A stretch of 64,000 nt of DNA from an uncultured Acidobacteriota bacterium (GTDB taxonomy: Bacteria; Acidobacteriota; Thermoanaerobaculia; Multivoradales; UBA5704): assembly GCA_963770895.1 (NCBI GenBank), contig CAVYRF010000001.1, positions 704,481-768,480 of the forward strand, written 5' to 3'. Position numbers and translations under genes: made by a program. Numbering within the stretch: position 1 is the stretch's first letter; each line of letters begins with the position of its first letter. Below are positions 46,896 through 55,953 of the stretch, one piece after another. The notes beneath the pieces are model-generated. The model saw nothing but the letters and a program-made list of their open reading frames with translations. It did not search any database and was not told the DNA's origin.

Positions 46896-48320
46896 TCAGG
46901 ACAGGCGTTGTGCCGGGCGCAGGAAGTTGGCGACCTGCTTTTCGATCGGGGCGGCGTAAAAGTCGCGGTCGCAGCGCCAGCGGGCCAGCGCGCGCAGCGG
47001 CCGGCTCCAGGGTCGGCCGGAATCCCAGGCCAGCTGCTGGAAGAATTTGAAGCGCTCGATCAGCCGGTACTTTTCGGGCGACACCCACGGACCGATCGAG
47101 CCCACGAAGTCAAATTCGCTCCATTCGTCCAGCGTGCAGGGGAGGGTGAAGCCGGCGGCCACCGCGTTCTGGGTGATCGAGGTGCCGGGATAGGGTTTGA
47201 AATAGAAAATCGGCGTCTGGAAGTCGGGGCTCATGGCGCGCAGCCGCTTGACCACCTGCAGGGTGGCGCGCACGTTGTCCTCGGTCTCTTCCGGGAAGCC
47301 GACGATGAAGGGGAAGTTGACCGCCACGCCGAACTTGCGACAGCGCTCGGCGACAAAAAAGACCTGCTCCAGCTTGATGTCTTTTTTGATGCGATCCATC
47401 ATTTCCTGCGAGCCCGATTCGACGCCGACCAGCAGGCGGCGCAGCCCCGAGCGCTTGCACTTGGCGAAGACCTCTTCGCTCATGCGCTGGCCCTGGTCGG
47501 CGCGCATGGTGGCGGCCCAGGTGATGGGGAGCTTGCGGCGGATGAGCTCTTCGGCGACCGCTTCGACGCGCTGGGCGTAGGTGAAAAAGGTTTCGTCCTG
47601 GAAGTTCACGTCGTCGTAGCGCGAGCGGTGCCACAGCGCTTCGAGCTCTTCGCCCATGCGCTCGGGCGACAGGCCGGTCCACTTGCGCTGGTAGACGAAC
47701 GGATCGGCGCAAAAGGCGCAGCGGAAAGCGCACCCCTGCGACGAGATGTAATCCAGCTGGCGCTTGCCCTTGAGGCGATAGTACGGTTCGATGTCGATCA
47801 GGCCGTAGTTGTGGACCGCCAGGGTGTTGACGTCGGCCAGCGGGCGGGCCGTGTTCACCTGCGCGGCGCCGTCCTCGCGGTAGGTGCAACCCTGGCAGCC
47901 GGTCAGTGGCCGCCCTTCAGCCAGGCGCTCGACGATCTCGGCAAAGGTGATTTCCCCCTGGCCTTGCACGGTCACGTCGACGCTCGGTTCCGCCAGGCAT
48001 TCGCGGCCGAACATCGACGGGTGCCAGCCGCCCCAGACGACCGGCAGGTCGGCGCGGCTGGCCTTGGCGGCGCGGCTGGCCGCAACCGCGTCGGCGATCG
48101 GCGCCCCGGTGAGCACCGTGACGCCCAGGCAGAGCGCGCCTTCCAGCTCCGCCACCAGGGCGCGGTGTGCCGCTTCGGGGTTTTTGGCCAACCGGGCGTC
48201 CACGACCACCACCTGGTAGCGCTCGGGATCGAGGTGCGATCCGATGGTGAGCAGCGCCAGCGGCATGGTGTAAAAGACCGCGGTCGGGTTGTACAGCACG
48301 ATTTTGTGGCGGCGACTCAT
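46896..48320 (-). CDS. B12-binding-domain radical SAM protein
   Basis: 474 aa. Contains MSRRHKIVLYNP...VVVVDARL (B12-binding-like) and CAFRCAFCADP (CxxxCxxC). ATGA overlap with the upstream gene. Confidence 0.85.
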   Translation of the reverse strand: MSRRHKIVLYNPTAVFYTMPLALLTIGSHLDPERYQVVVVDARLAKNPEAAHRALVAELEGALCLGVTVLTGAPIADAVAASRAAKASRADLPVVWGGWHPSMFGRECLAEPSVDVTVQGQGEITFAEIVERLAEGRPLTGCQGCTYREDGAAQVNTARPLADVNTLAVHNYGLIDIEPYYRLKGKRQLDYISSQGCAFRCAFCADPFVYQRKWTGLSPERMGEELEALWHRSRYDDVNFQDETFFTYAQRVEAVAEELIRRKLPITWAATMRADQGQRMSEEVFAKCKRSGLRRLLVGVESGSQEMMDRIKKDIKLEQVFFVAERCRKFGVAVNFPFIVGFPEETEDNVRATLQVVKRLRAMSPDFQTPIFYFKPYPGTSITQNAVAAGFTLPCTLDEWSEFDFVGSIGPWVSPEKYRLIERFKFFQQLAWDSGRPWSRPLRALARWRCDRDFYAAPIEKQVANFLRPAQRLS

Positions 48321-49399
48321 AAGGGCTCCGGGGTCAATGCCAGCGTGCAGACGCATTTGCGACAGATCGCATCGCGGTCGGTGTCCAGGCCGCGGCGCCA
48401 GGCGAGCGCCTGCGGCGAATTGACGATCGCGTCCAGGCTTGCCGCCTGCCGCAGGTTGCCGAGCGGCGGCTGGAAGAAGCACGGCCGCACCGTGCCGTCG
48501 GCTTCGATCACCGTCGACACCCACGGCGCGTTGCAGCGATGCGGCGGAAAATCGCCGTGGCCGCACAGTGCGGCGTAGTAGTCGTAGAGCCGCGCCCGCA
48601 GCTTCGCCGCGCCCTCGACGATGAAGCCGGATGCGAAGTCGGCCGCGTGCTCGCGTTCCAGGGCGTCCAGCTCGCCGGCCAGCCGCGGCAGCTCCTCTTC
48701 GAGCAGCGCCACCTGGCCGGCGCGCGCCGCTTCCCAGGGCTGCGGCCGGTTGAAGGCGTCGCTGCTGACGTCGGCGGCCAGCAGGCTCAACCAGTTCAGG
48801 CCGATCGCGCGGGCCGCCGTGACGGTGCCGCGCAGGTGGGCGAAGTTGGCCCGCTGGACGGTGCAGCGCCCGCCGATCGTCAGCTGAGGCGCGGCTTGGC
48901 GCACCGCCGCCACCCCGTCGGCCAGCTTGGCGAAAGCGCGCGGCAGGTTGCGGATGTGATCGTGCACGGGCTGCGGCCCGTCCAGGCTGACGATCACTTC
49001 GGAGCAGTAGGCGGCGACCTGGGTCGCGTCGCGCCGCAGCAGCAGACCGGTGGACAGCAGGGTGATCGCGATGCCGGCGCGCCGCAGGTGCTCGCACATC
49101 TCCCACAGGTTGCGGTGCAGCAGCGCTTCGCCGCCCGACAGCGCGACCTGGCGCACCCCCATGCGCTGCCATTCGGCAACCCACTGTGCCACCTCGGCCG
49201 CGCCCAGCTCCTGCTTGCCCGGATCGCGCCAGATGTCGCACATCAGGCAGCGGCAGTTGCAGCGGCTGTGCGGGAACAGGATGACGATCGGCAGCCGCTC
49301 GACCGGTTGGGGCCGCGGCAACCCGTCGGCCGCCCCGCCGCTCCACGCGTTGGCCGGCAGCTCGGCGGCCGGCAGCACCGGAAGCACGGTCGAGCTCAC
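48317..49399 (-). CDS. radical SAM protein with SPASM/twitch-like C-terminal Cys cluster
   Basis: 360 aa. HSRCNCRCLMCDIW (CxxxCxxC). The C-terminus has C-x13-G-x4-C (CNAPWVSTVIEADGTVRPC) and CRKCVC. GTG start overlaps the upstream stop (GTGA). Confidence 0.8.
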   Translation of the reverse strand: MSSTVLPVLPAAELPANAWSGGAADGLPRPQPVERLPIVILFPHSRCNCRCLMCDIWRDPGKQELGAAEVAQWVAEWQRMGVRQVALSGGEALLHRNLWEMCEHLRRAGIAITLLSTGLLLRRDATQVAAYCSEVIVSLDGPQPVHDHIRNLPRAFAKLADGVAAVRQAAPQLTIGGRCTVQRANFAHLRGTVTAARAIGLNWLSLLAADVSSDAFNRPQPWEAARAGQVALLEEELPRLAGELDALEREHAADFASGFIVEGAAKLRARLYDYYAALCGHGDFPPHRCNAPWVSTVIEADGTVRPCFFQPPLGNLRQAASLDAIVNSPQALAWRRGLDTDRDAICRKCVCTLALTPEPL

Positions 49400-50385
49400 C
49401 GCCGCTCCAACTCCAGCAGGTAATGGTCGGCCAGCCAGGGCAGCGGCGGCCAGGTTTCGGCACGCCGCTCCCAGCGCCCGAGCAGACGCAGCAGGCGCGG
49501 GTGGCGCGCCGCCCAGCCTTCGGCGTAGGTGGGCGGCAGCAGCGCGCCGACCGCCGCGCGCCGGCGCAGGCGGAAGGCGGGACCGAACAGGCGCCGCAGC
49601 GCGCCGACCGACGGATAGCGGATGGTCAGGCCGCGCCAGCGCGTGCCGCCCGGCCGCAGCCGGCGAAAGGCGCGCCCCGGCTGCGCGTGGCCCAGGTACC
49701 AGGCCCACTCCCACGGCACCAGCGGGCCCATCACGCAAACGACCGCCATGGCGCCCGGCCGCAGGTTTGCCGCCAGCCAGCCCGCCAGCTGCCGCAGGTC
49801 GGCTGGCGCCACGCAGTTGAGGCCGCCGAAGTTGGACAGCACCCCGTCGAACGGCCGCGGCGCCGCCGGTGTGGCGCCGGCAGCAGGTGCGGCAGCGGGT
49901 ACAGGCGCGGTGGCGAGTACAGACGCGACCGCGGGCATAGGCGCAGCGGCGGGTACAGACGCGGGCGCGGGTGCCGGGTCCGCCGGCGGTGATTGCTGGG
50001 GGTGCCAGGGTTGCCGGGGCTGCCGGGTCAGCTGTTCGATGGTCTGGTGGCGCAGATCGACCCGATCGCCCAGGCCGGCGCTCGCGATCTTGTCGCCGGC
50101 GCGTTCCAGCATGCCGGCGGCGGCGTCGATGGCGGTGACGCGCACGCCGCGGCGAGCCAGGTACAGGGCGTCTTCGCCGGTGCCGCAGTTGAGCTCCAGC
50201 ACGTGGCTGCCGGGGGCGAAGCAGGCGTCCAGCCGCCGCCAGACCGCCTGGCGCATCTGCGTGCCGATGGCGCTGCCGGTGAAGCTGGCGTCGTAGGACG
50301 CGGCCATGCGGTCGAACGCGGTGGCACCCGTGGCGTCGCCATCGCGGCGCGCCGGCAGCACGGGGAGGACGGCCGGTTCGGTCAT
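49396..50385 (-). CDS. class I SAM-dependent methyltransferase with Pro/Ala-rich insertion
   Basis: 329 aa. Motif I VLELNCGTGEDALYLA. ATG 50385 lies 2 nt after the upstream stop. Confidence 0.8.
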   Translation of the reverse strand: MTEPAVLPVLPARRDGDATGATAFDRMAASYDASFTGSAIGTQMRQAVWRRLDACFAPGSHVLELNCGTGEDALYLARRGVRVTAIDAAAGMLERAGDKIASAGLGDRVDLRHQTIEQLTRQPRQPWHPQQSPPADPAPAPASVPAAAPMPAVASVLATAPVPAAAPAAGATPAAPRPFDGVLSNFGGLNCVAPADLRQLAGWLAANLRPGAMAVVCVMGPLVPWEWAWYLGHAQPGRAFRRLRPGGTRWRGLTIRYPSVGALRRLFGPAFRLRRRAAVGALLPPTYAEGWAARHPRLLRLLGRWERRAETWPPLPWLADHYLLELERR

Positions 50386-50387
50386 CG

Positions 50388-51785
50388 TCACGGCGCCGCC
50401 GGCGACTCCTCGGGCCAGGAGAGCAGCGCCTGGTGCGCCGCTTCCGCCATCTGCAGCTTTTCGGCGGCGTCCGCCGGGTTGTCGGACTGCAGGCGGGCGG
50501 CGGCGACGCTGTTGCGCAGCCACCGGTCGGCCTGTTCGTAGTAGGCGCGCGAGCGCTGGCCGCGCAGCCGGTAGTCGCGGTCGGTGGCGGTATCCCAGCT
50601 CTTGTCGAGCTGCACGCGGTCGGCCACCTGGCGGAAGTAGGCGGTGTTCTTGATCGGGTAGGCGACGGTGGTGAAGAAGATGTTGGGGTTGGCCTTTTTG
50701 ACGTGCTCGACGGTGGCTTCGATGTCGGCCAGCGTTTCGCCCTGGTAGCCCCACATCAGGAACATGCCGACTTCGATGCCGTGGCGCTGGGCGGCGTGGG
50801 TCGCCCACTGCACCTGCTCGGCGGTGACGCCCCGATCCATGGCGTCCAGGATGCGCTGGCTGCCGCTTTCAGAGCCGATCCAGATGCGGTAGCAGCCCAT
50901 TTCGGCGAGCGTCGCGATCACTTCGTCCTTGAGCAGCCGATCGGCGCGCGAAATGGTTTCGAAAGGGCGCACCAAGCCGCGCTTCTTGAGCAGGCCGGCG
51001 AACTCGAAGAGCCAGCGGTGGTGGATGGTGAACACGTCGTCGGCGTACCACAGCTGTTCGGGCTGGTAGGCTTCGACGATGTGCGCCACTTCGTCGGCGC
51101 AGTCGAGCGCGCTGCGCCGGCGATGGGTGTAGCCGAACACGGCGTGCGAGCACCATTTGCAGCGATACGGGCAGCCGCGCGCGGTGATCAGGTTGACGCT
51201 GCCCATGCCGTGGTGGGTGTGCCAAACGTCGACGTAGCGGGCGATGTCGATCTGCTCGCGATCGGGCCAGGGGAGGCTGTCCAGGTCGGCGATCTGTTCG
51301 CGGTCCGGATTGGTGACGACCTCCCCTTCTTCGTCGCGGAAGACCGTGCCGTGCAGGCCGTGCAGACGGTGCGGACCGCGCAGGGCGAGCGCCGGCAGCA
51401 GTTCCGCGAGCGTCGCTTCGCCTTCGCCCACCACCACGACGTCGGCGCCGTGGGCCAGGTATTCGGCCGGGTAGTTGGCCGATTCGGGGCCGCCGAGCAC
51501 CACCGTCCAGCCGTGCTGCCGCGCGGCGGCGATGATGGCGAGGATCGACGCGCGGGTCATCAGGTTGGTGTAGATCCCCACCACGCCGCCGGGAGTGGCG
51601 GCAAGGCGCTGGCGCAGCGCGGCGCGCTCGGCGAACGTGGAATCGAAGATCTCGACGCTGAAACCGGCGCGACGCAGATACGAAGAGATGTAGAGCAGCC
51701 CCAGCGTCGGGTAGGGCTTCATGATCTGCAGCTCTTTGGGATCTTCGTGCAGGAAGTAGCCGTGGGTCAGCAGGATGTCGGCCAT
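50388..51785 (-). CDS. B12-binding-domain radical SAM protein
   Basis: 465 aa. Contains ADILLTHGYFLHEDPKE...VVLGGP and CPYRCKWC. Confidence 0.85.
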   Translation of the reverse strand: MADILLTHGYFLHEDPKELQIMKPYPTLGLLYISSYLRRAGFSVEIFDSTFAERAALRQRLAATPGGVVGIYTNLMTRASILAIIAAARQHGWTVVLGGPESANYPAEYLAHGADVVVVGEGEATLAELLPALALRGPHRLHGLHGTVFRDEEGEVVTNPDREQIADLDSLPWPDREQIDIARYVDVWHTHHGMGSVNLITARGCPYRCKWCSHAVFGYTHRRRSALDCADEVAHIVEAYQPEQLWYADDVFTIHHRWLFEFAGLLKKRGLVRPFETISRADRLLKDEVIATLAEMGCYRIWIGSESGSQRILDAMDRGVTAEQVQWATHAAQRHGIEVGMFLMWGYQGETLADIEATVEHVKKANPNIFFTTVAYPIKNTAYFRQVADRVQLDKSWDTATDRDYRLRGQRSRAYYEQADRWLRNSVAAARLQSDNPADAAEKLQMAEAAHQALLSWPEESPAAP

Positions 51786-51786
51786 A

Positions 51787-53367
51787 TCAGTTCCAGCTCT
51801 TGCTCAGGTCGGGCATCGCCGGCGTCGTGTAATCTTTTCGAATCGCCGTCGGCCGTTCGCTGCGGCTGCACGCTTCAAGCCGCCCCAGCTCCAGCCAGGC
51901 GCTGCACAGCTGATCCAGCTCCTGCCGGATCTCCGCATCGGACGCGCCGTCTACAGCCGCAGGCGCGCCGGCGGCGGCGTTTGCAGGCAGGGCGGGCGGG
52001 GCAGGGGCAGCGCCCCGGGACCTGTCGCGCAGGCGCTGGCGGACCAGCAGATCGCGGTGCAGCAGGCGATGCAGGTGGCGATAGAAAGGCGTCTGATAGG
52101 TGCCCTGAAACATCATCGCCAGGTCGTTGCTGTCCTGCCAATGATCCTGCCCGTTGAGCTGGGCCTTGACCATCTCATGGAAGCGCGTGCCGGGCAGCGG
52201 GTAGCTGACGCTGATGCCGATCTCGTCGGGCAGCGTGTCGCGCACCAGCTGCACCGTCTGCTCGATGTCTTCAAAGGTTTCACCGGCGTAGCCGAACTGC
52301 AGGAAATAGCAGGCGCGGATGCCGGCGTCGCGCAGACGCTCGCGCACCACCGGGATCTGGCGCGCGTCGGTGCCCTTGTCCATGGCGTCCAGGATCTTCT
52401 GGCTGCCGCTTTCGACCCCCAGCCAGACCTCGTGGCAGCCGGCCTTGGCCAGGCCGGCCACGGCTTTTTCCGTCATGAGGTCGATGCGCGACTGGATCTT
52501 GAACGGGATCGAGCCGTCGAGCGCCGTCACCCGGTCGGCAAATTCGGCGACCCAGCGCGGCTGCAGGCCGAAGATGTCGTCGGCAAACCAGATCAGGTCG
52601 GGCTTCAGGCTGCGCTTCAGCAGCGCCATCTCTTCGGCCACGCTGGCCGGCGAGCGCATGGCGTAGCGCTGCCCCCAGATCGGTTTTGCGCACCAGTTGC
52701 AGTGGAAGGGGCAGCCGCGGGTGCTCACCATGTTGAGGCTGAAGTAGCCGTGGGCGCCGCGCCAGGCATTGCGGTAGCGTTCCACGTCGAGCAGGTCCCA
52801 GGCCGGCAGCGGAAAGACGTCGGGGTGGCGCTCGACGGCGCGCGAGCAGGTGCGCTGCACCCCGTCCGGCGCCGCCGGATCGGGGATCGCGAGGCCGGCC
52901 ACTTCGTTCACGCACCGGCCGTTGGCGCGGCCGGCAAGGATGTCGACCAGCTCGCCCAGGGTGTGATCGGCTTCGCCGGCCAGCACGTATTGCACGCCCT
53001 CGCGGAAGTACACCTCGGGATGATCGGACGCGTCGGAGCCGGCGGCGATCACCGTGGCGCCGGCGGCGCGCGCGTGCCGGCTCATGTTGCAGCCGGCGCG
53101 GCGGCTGTGCGCCAGACACATCTTATTGAGAAAGTTGAATTGATCTTCGTAAAGGGCGACGATAGCCGGTTGCGTTTCGGCCAGGAGCCGTTCGAACTCC
53201 TCTTCGCCATCGGCCAGCATGGCGTCGAACAGCGCCACCGAATAGCCGCGCCGCCGCAGTTCGCTGGCCGCGTACAGCGTGCCGAGCGGCGCGTAGGGCG
53301 ACATCTTTTCGATCTGCTTCGGATCATTCTTCAGAAAGAACGAATGGGCGAGGAGGATGTCGGTCAT
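51787..53367 (-). CDS. B12-binding-domain radical SAM protein (paralog of the preceding gene)
   Basis: 526 aa. Contains TDILLAHSFFLKNDPKQ and CPFHCNWC. First gene of the minus-strand operon. Confidence 0.85.
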   Translation of the reverse strand: MTDILLAHSFFLKNDPKQIEKMSPYAPLGTLYAASELRRRGYSVALFDAMLADGEEEFERLLAETQPAIVALYEDQFNFLNKMCLAHSRRAGCNMSRHARAAGATVIAAGSDASDHPEVYFREGVQYVLAGEADHTLGELVDILAGRANGRCVNEVAGLAIPDPAAPDGVQRTCSRAVERHPDVFPLPAWDLLDVERYRNAWRGAHGYFSLNMVSTRGCPFHCNWCAKPIWGQRYAMRSPASVAEEMALLKRSLKPDLIWFADDIFGLQPRWVAEFADRVTALDGSIPFKIQSRIDLMTEKAVAGLAKAGCHEVWLGVESGSQKILDAMDKGTDARQIPVVRERLRDAGIRACYFLQFGYAGETFEDIEQTVQLVRDTLPDEIGISVSYPLPGTRFHEMVKAQLNGQDHWQDSNDLAMMFQGTYQTPFYRHLHRLLHRDLLVRQRLRDRSRGAAPAPPALPANAAAGAPAAVDGASDAEIRQELDQLCSAWLELGRLEACSRSERPTAIRKDYTTPAMPDLSKSWN

Positions 53368-53474
53368 TCGATCCCCTACTCAAGGCCGCTGGCGATGGCG
53401 AGCGGCGGCAATGCTCAACTTTCGATCGTTGGCGGCGCGCCCGAGCCGACGAACTGATCTCCTAAGACCTCGTG

Positions 53475-53503
53475 AGAATACTTCTATCCTGCACGGTCGT
53501 CAA
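53475..53503 (-). promoter_or_regulatory. sigma70-like promoter of the five-gene rSAM operon (minus-strand TTGACG-N17-TATTCT)
   Basis: -35 at 53503..53498 and -10 at 53480..53475, about 110 nt upstream of ATG 53367. Confidence 0.5.
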
Positions 53504-53535
53504 CGCCAAAGTCAATGTCGGCACCGCGCGCGCCA

Positions 53536-53601
53536 GATCGGGGCCGCGCGCCGCCAGACGGCCAGCCCGATCCGGGCCGCGCGCCGCCAGGCGGCCAGCC
53601 C
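53536..53601. repeat. two tandem 33-bp direct repeats (GATC(G/C)GGGCCGCGCGCCGCCAG(A/G)CGGCCAGCCC) upstream of the rSAM-operon -35
   Basis: 53536-53568 and 53569-53601 differ at 2 positions. Candidate activator binding sites. Confidence 0.5.
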
Positions 53602-53653
53602 GCATGCCGCCTGGCGAGAGGTGCCGGAGAGACAGCGGGGAACCGGCCTTCCT

Positions 53654-54916
53654 TCAGGGTGAAGGCGGCGTGCCGGCGGCGGCGCTCAGCGGCAGAAAGC
53701 GCGGCTCCGACACGACGCCCTTGTCGACGTTGCGCAGCACCAGCCCGGAGCCGCCGGCGGTGGCGGCACAGCCGGACAGCAAGACCCAGCTGTCCGCGGC
53801 CGGCACCAGCACCTGCGTCACCGGCAGGCGCTCGCCGTTTTTCGACACCACGTCGGCAGGCGCCTGGGCGACCTGCGCCCACGCGCCGTGCGGGTTCAGG
53901 CGTGTCAACACCACCTGTTCGGCGGCCGGCGAGCGGCGGTCGTACCACACCATCTGCAGGGCCCCGCGGCGATCGGCAAGCGGCAGGTCGATGCCGTACT
54001 CGGTGCCCTGCCGCCACATGCCGGTGGTGTCGCCGCCGCCCCACGGCGTCCAGGCGGAGCGCCGCCAGCTCTTGCCCAGGTCGGACGACAGGTAAGCCAC
54101 GCCGTCGGCCGAGATGTACGCGGCGTCGTTGCCGCCCAGGGCCAGGATCTGGCCGCGCCGGTCTGCTGTCACGCCCGGCAGCCCCTTGACCCAGGTTTCG
54201 GGCGGCGCGCCGGCGCTGAACAGGCCGGTGCCCGAGACCACGCCGTCCGCCTGCTGCGGCGCCGGCGTCACCTGCGGCTGGCCGACCGCCGTCACCTCCA
54301 GGCCGCCGTGCGATTTCCACTCGCGCCCTTCCAGGCGGTAGGCCCACGCCTGGTAGAGGCCCGGCTTGGTGCCCGCGGCATGCGCCATCAGCCACGGGGC
54401 GCCGCCCTCGTCATAGGTGCCGGCCAGGGTGGCCCCCGCCGGCAGGGTCACCGCTTCGCCGAGCGGCTGCCAGCCGCCGTGGTCCCAGCGCACCGGCTGC
54501 ACGCATTGCGCGCCGCAGGGCTCGACCGCGACCACCGGCCCCGGCCCGATCGAGCCGCCGTAGCGGCCGGAGGGGCGCTCGGGAAACGCTCGCGCTTCGT
54601 GCCCGCTGCCGTCCAGCTGCACCGTCCAGCCGCCGCTGCCGCCGCTGTCGCCGTTGTCGTCGGTCAGCGAGAACAGCATCAGGCCCGAGCGGGTGTCCAT
54701 GCCGATCAGCGTCAACGCCGACGCGGCGTCGCACGCCGGTCCGCCGCCCGCGGCATTGCCGGCGCGCCCTTGCACACGCTCGGGGGGCGGCGCCGCTGCC
54801 AGGCGGGGCGCGCCGGCCAGCAGCGCGGTCATCGCGACGATCAGCAGCGCCGCCGGGGCAGTGGTGAAGAGCGCCGCGGTAGCGGCGGGGCGTGAGATCG
54901 CGGCGCTTCGTTTCAT
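53654..54916 (-). CDS. secreted BNR/Asp-box repeat protein (sialidase/glycosidase-like beta-propeller)
   Basis: 420 aa from ATG 54916 (MKRSAAIS). Signal peptide. Asp-box SSDLGKSW. GGGAGA RBS. The upstream part of the 562-aa ORF-track entry is Arg-rich and rejected. Confidence 0.65.
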   Translation of the reverse strand: MKRSAAISRPAATAALFTTAPAALLIVAMTALLAGAPRLAAAPPPERVQGRAGNAAGGGPACDAASALTLIGMDTRSGLMLFSLTDDNGDSGGSGGWTVQLDGSGHEARAFPERPSGRYGGSIGPGPVVAVEPCGAQCVQPVRWDHGGWQPLGEAVTLPAGATLAGTYDEGGAPWLMAHAAGTKPGLYQAWAYRLEGREWKSHGGLEVTAVGQPQVTPAPQQADGVVSGTGLFSAGAPPETWVKGLPGVTADRRGQILALGGNDAAYISADGVAYLSSDLGKSWRRSAWTPWGGGDTTGMWRQGTEYGIDLPLADRRGALQMVWYDRRSPAAEQVVLTRLNPHGAWAQVAQAPADVVSKNGERLPVTQVLVPAADSWVLLSGCAATAGGSGLVLRNVDKGVVSEPRFLPLSAAAGTPPSP

Positions 54917-55953
54917 CTTGAGGTCTCCCGGCCGCCTGGGCCGCCTGAATGATTGGGCTGCTGAGCCATCCCCACCCGCACCGGCCGCGCCGGCACGCCC
55001 GCCACCGTGACGCCGGCGGCCACGTCGTCCACCACCACGGCGCCGGCGGCGACCGTCGCATCGTCGCCGACGTGGACGCCGCCCAACACCAGCGCGCCGG
55101 CGCCGATGGTGACCCGGTCGCCGACCCGCGGGTAGTCCAGCTCGTCGAAACGGGCTTCCCCCAGCGTGACGCCGTGCAGCAGCGTGCAATCCTGTCCGAT
55201 CACCGTGTAGCCGCCGATCACCAGGCCGACGCCATGGGCGATGATGCAGCCGCCGCCGATCTGGGCGCGCGGCAGGATGTCGACGCCGCAGGCGCCGATC
55301 GCCCAGCGGCGGCAGGCCGCGGGCAGCGCCGGCACCCGCCACCGCAGCAGTGTATGCGCCATCCGGTAGGCCAGCAGCGCCTGAAACCCGGAATCGAACA
55401 CCAGGGCATCCAGCAAGGCCACCAGGAAGCTACGCCCCTTGACTTGGCGCAGCCGATGAAAATCTCGTGCCAGCGGCTGCCAGAACCGGGCCGCCGCCAG
55501 CCGGGGCGGTGGTGTCGTCGTGCCTCGCCGCACTCCCGTTGGGCGGTTGTCGGCCGCGGCTGGATCGCTCCCCGTCGGTGCGGGCTCGACCGCCGCGGGT
55601 GCGGGTTCGACCGCCGTGGGTGTGGGCTCGACCGCCGTGGGTGCGGGTTCGACCGCCGCGGGTGCGGGCTCGACCGCCGCGGGTGTGGGCTCGACCGCCG
55701 GGGGTGCGGGTTCGACCGCCGTGGGTGCGGGTTCGACCGCCGCGGGTGTGGGCTCGACCGCCGGGGGTGGGGAAGGCCGCGGTGCGGCGCCGGACGGCGT
55801 CGTGTCGAGCGCCTCCGGCCGGCGCGCCGGTTCGGCGCCGGCAGGCGCCGCCCCTGGACCGGATCGCCCGGCTTCCGTGGGTGCCTCAGGTGGGTTGTCC
55901 CGCGCTGACGGCTGACCGGCCGGCCCGGTGGCGTTTGGGTCGGCGGCGCTCAT
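54913..55953 (-). CDS. serine O-acetyltransferase-like (left-handed beta-helix) acyltransferase with N-terminal AVEPxP repeat tail
   Basis: C-terminal hexapeptide-repeat domain (IGGGCIIAHGVGLVIGGYTVIGQDCTLLHGVTLG) preceded by a SATase-like helical region. ATGA overlap with the downstream gene. GGAGAT RBS at ATG 55953. Confidence 0.75.
   Translation of the reverse strand: MSAADPNATGPAGQPSARDNPPEAPTEAGRSGPGAAPAGAEPARRPEALDTTPSGAAPRPSPPPAVEPTPAAVEPAPTAVEPAPPAVEPTPAAVEPAPAAVEPAPTAVEPTPTAVEPAPAAVEPAPTGSDPAAADNRPTGVRRGTTTPPPRLAAARFWQPLARDFHRLRQVKGRSFLVALLDALVFDSGFQALLAYRMAHTLLRWRVPALPAACRRWAIGACGVDILPRAQIGGGCIIAHGVGLVIGGYTVIGQDCTLLHGVTLGEARFDELDYPRVGDRVTIGAGALVLGGVHVGDDATVAAGAVVVDDVAAGVTVAGVPARPVRVGMAQQPNHSGGPGGRETSR
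55577..55770 (-). repeat. 21-bp tandem repeat x~9 encoding (P/A)AVEP(A/T)P
   Basis: ggtgcgggytcgaccgccgyg reiterated on the plus strand. In frame within the acetyltransferase N-terminus. Confidence 0.7.

Noticed and set aside
53484-54395. 303-aa minus ORF overlapping the BNR gene in another frame
   Set aside because: Composition is Arg/Gly-rich, whereas the alternative frame has a signal peptide and an Asp-box.
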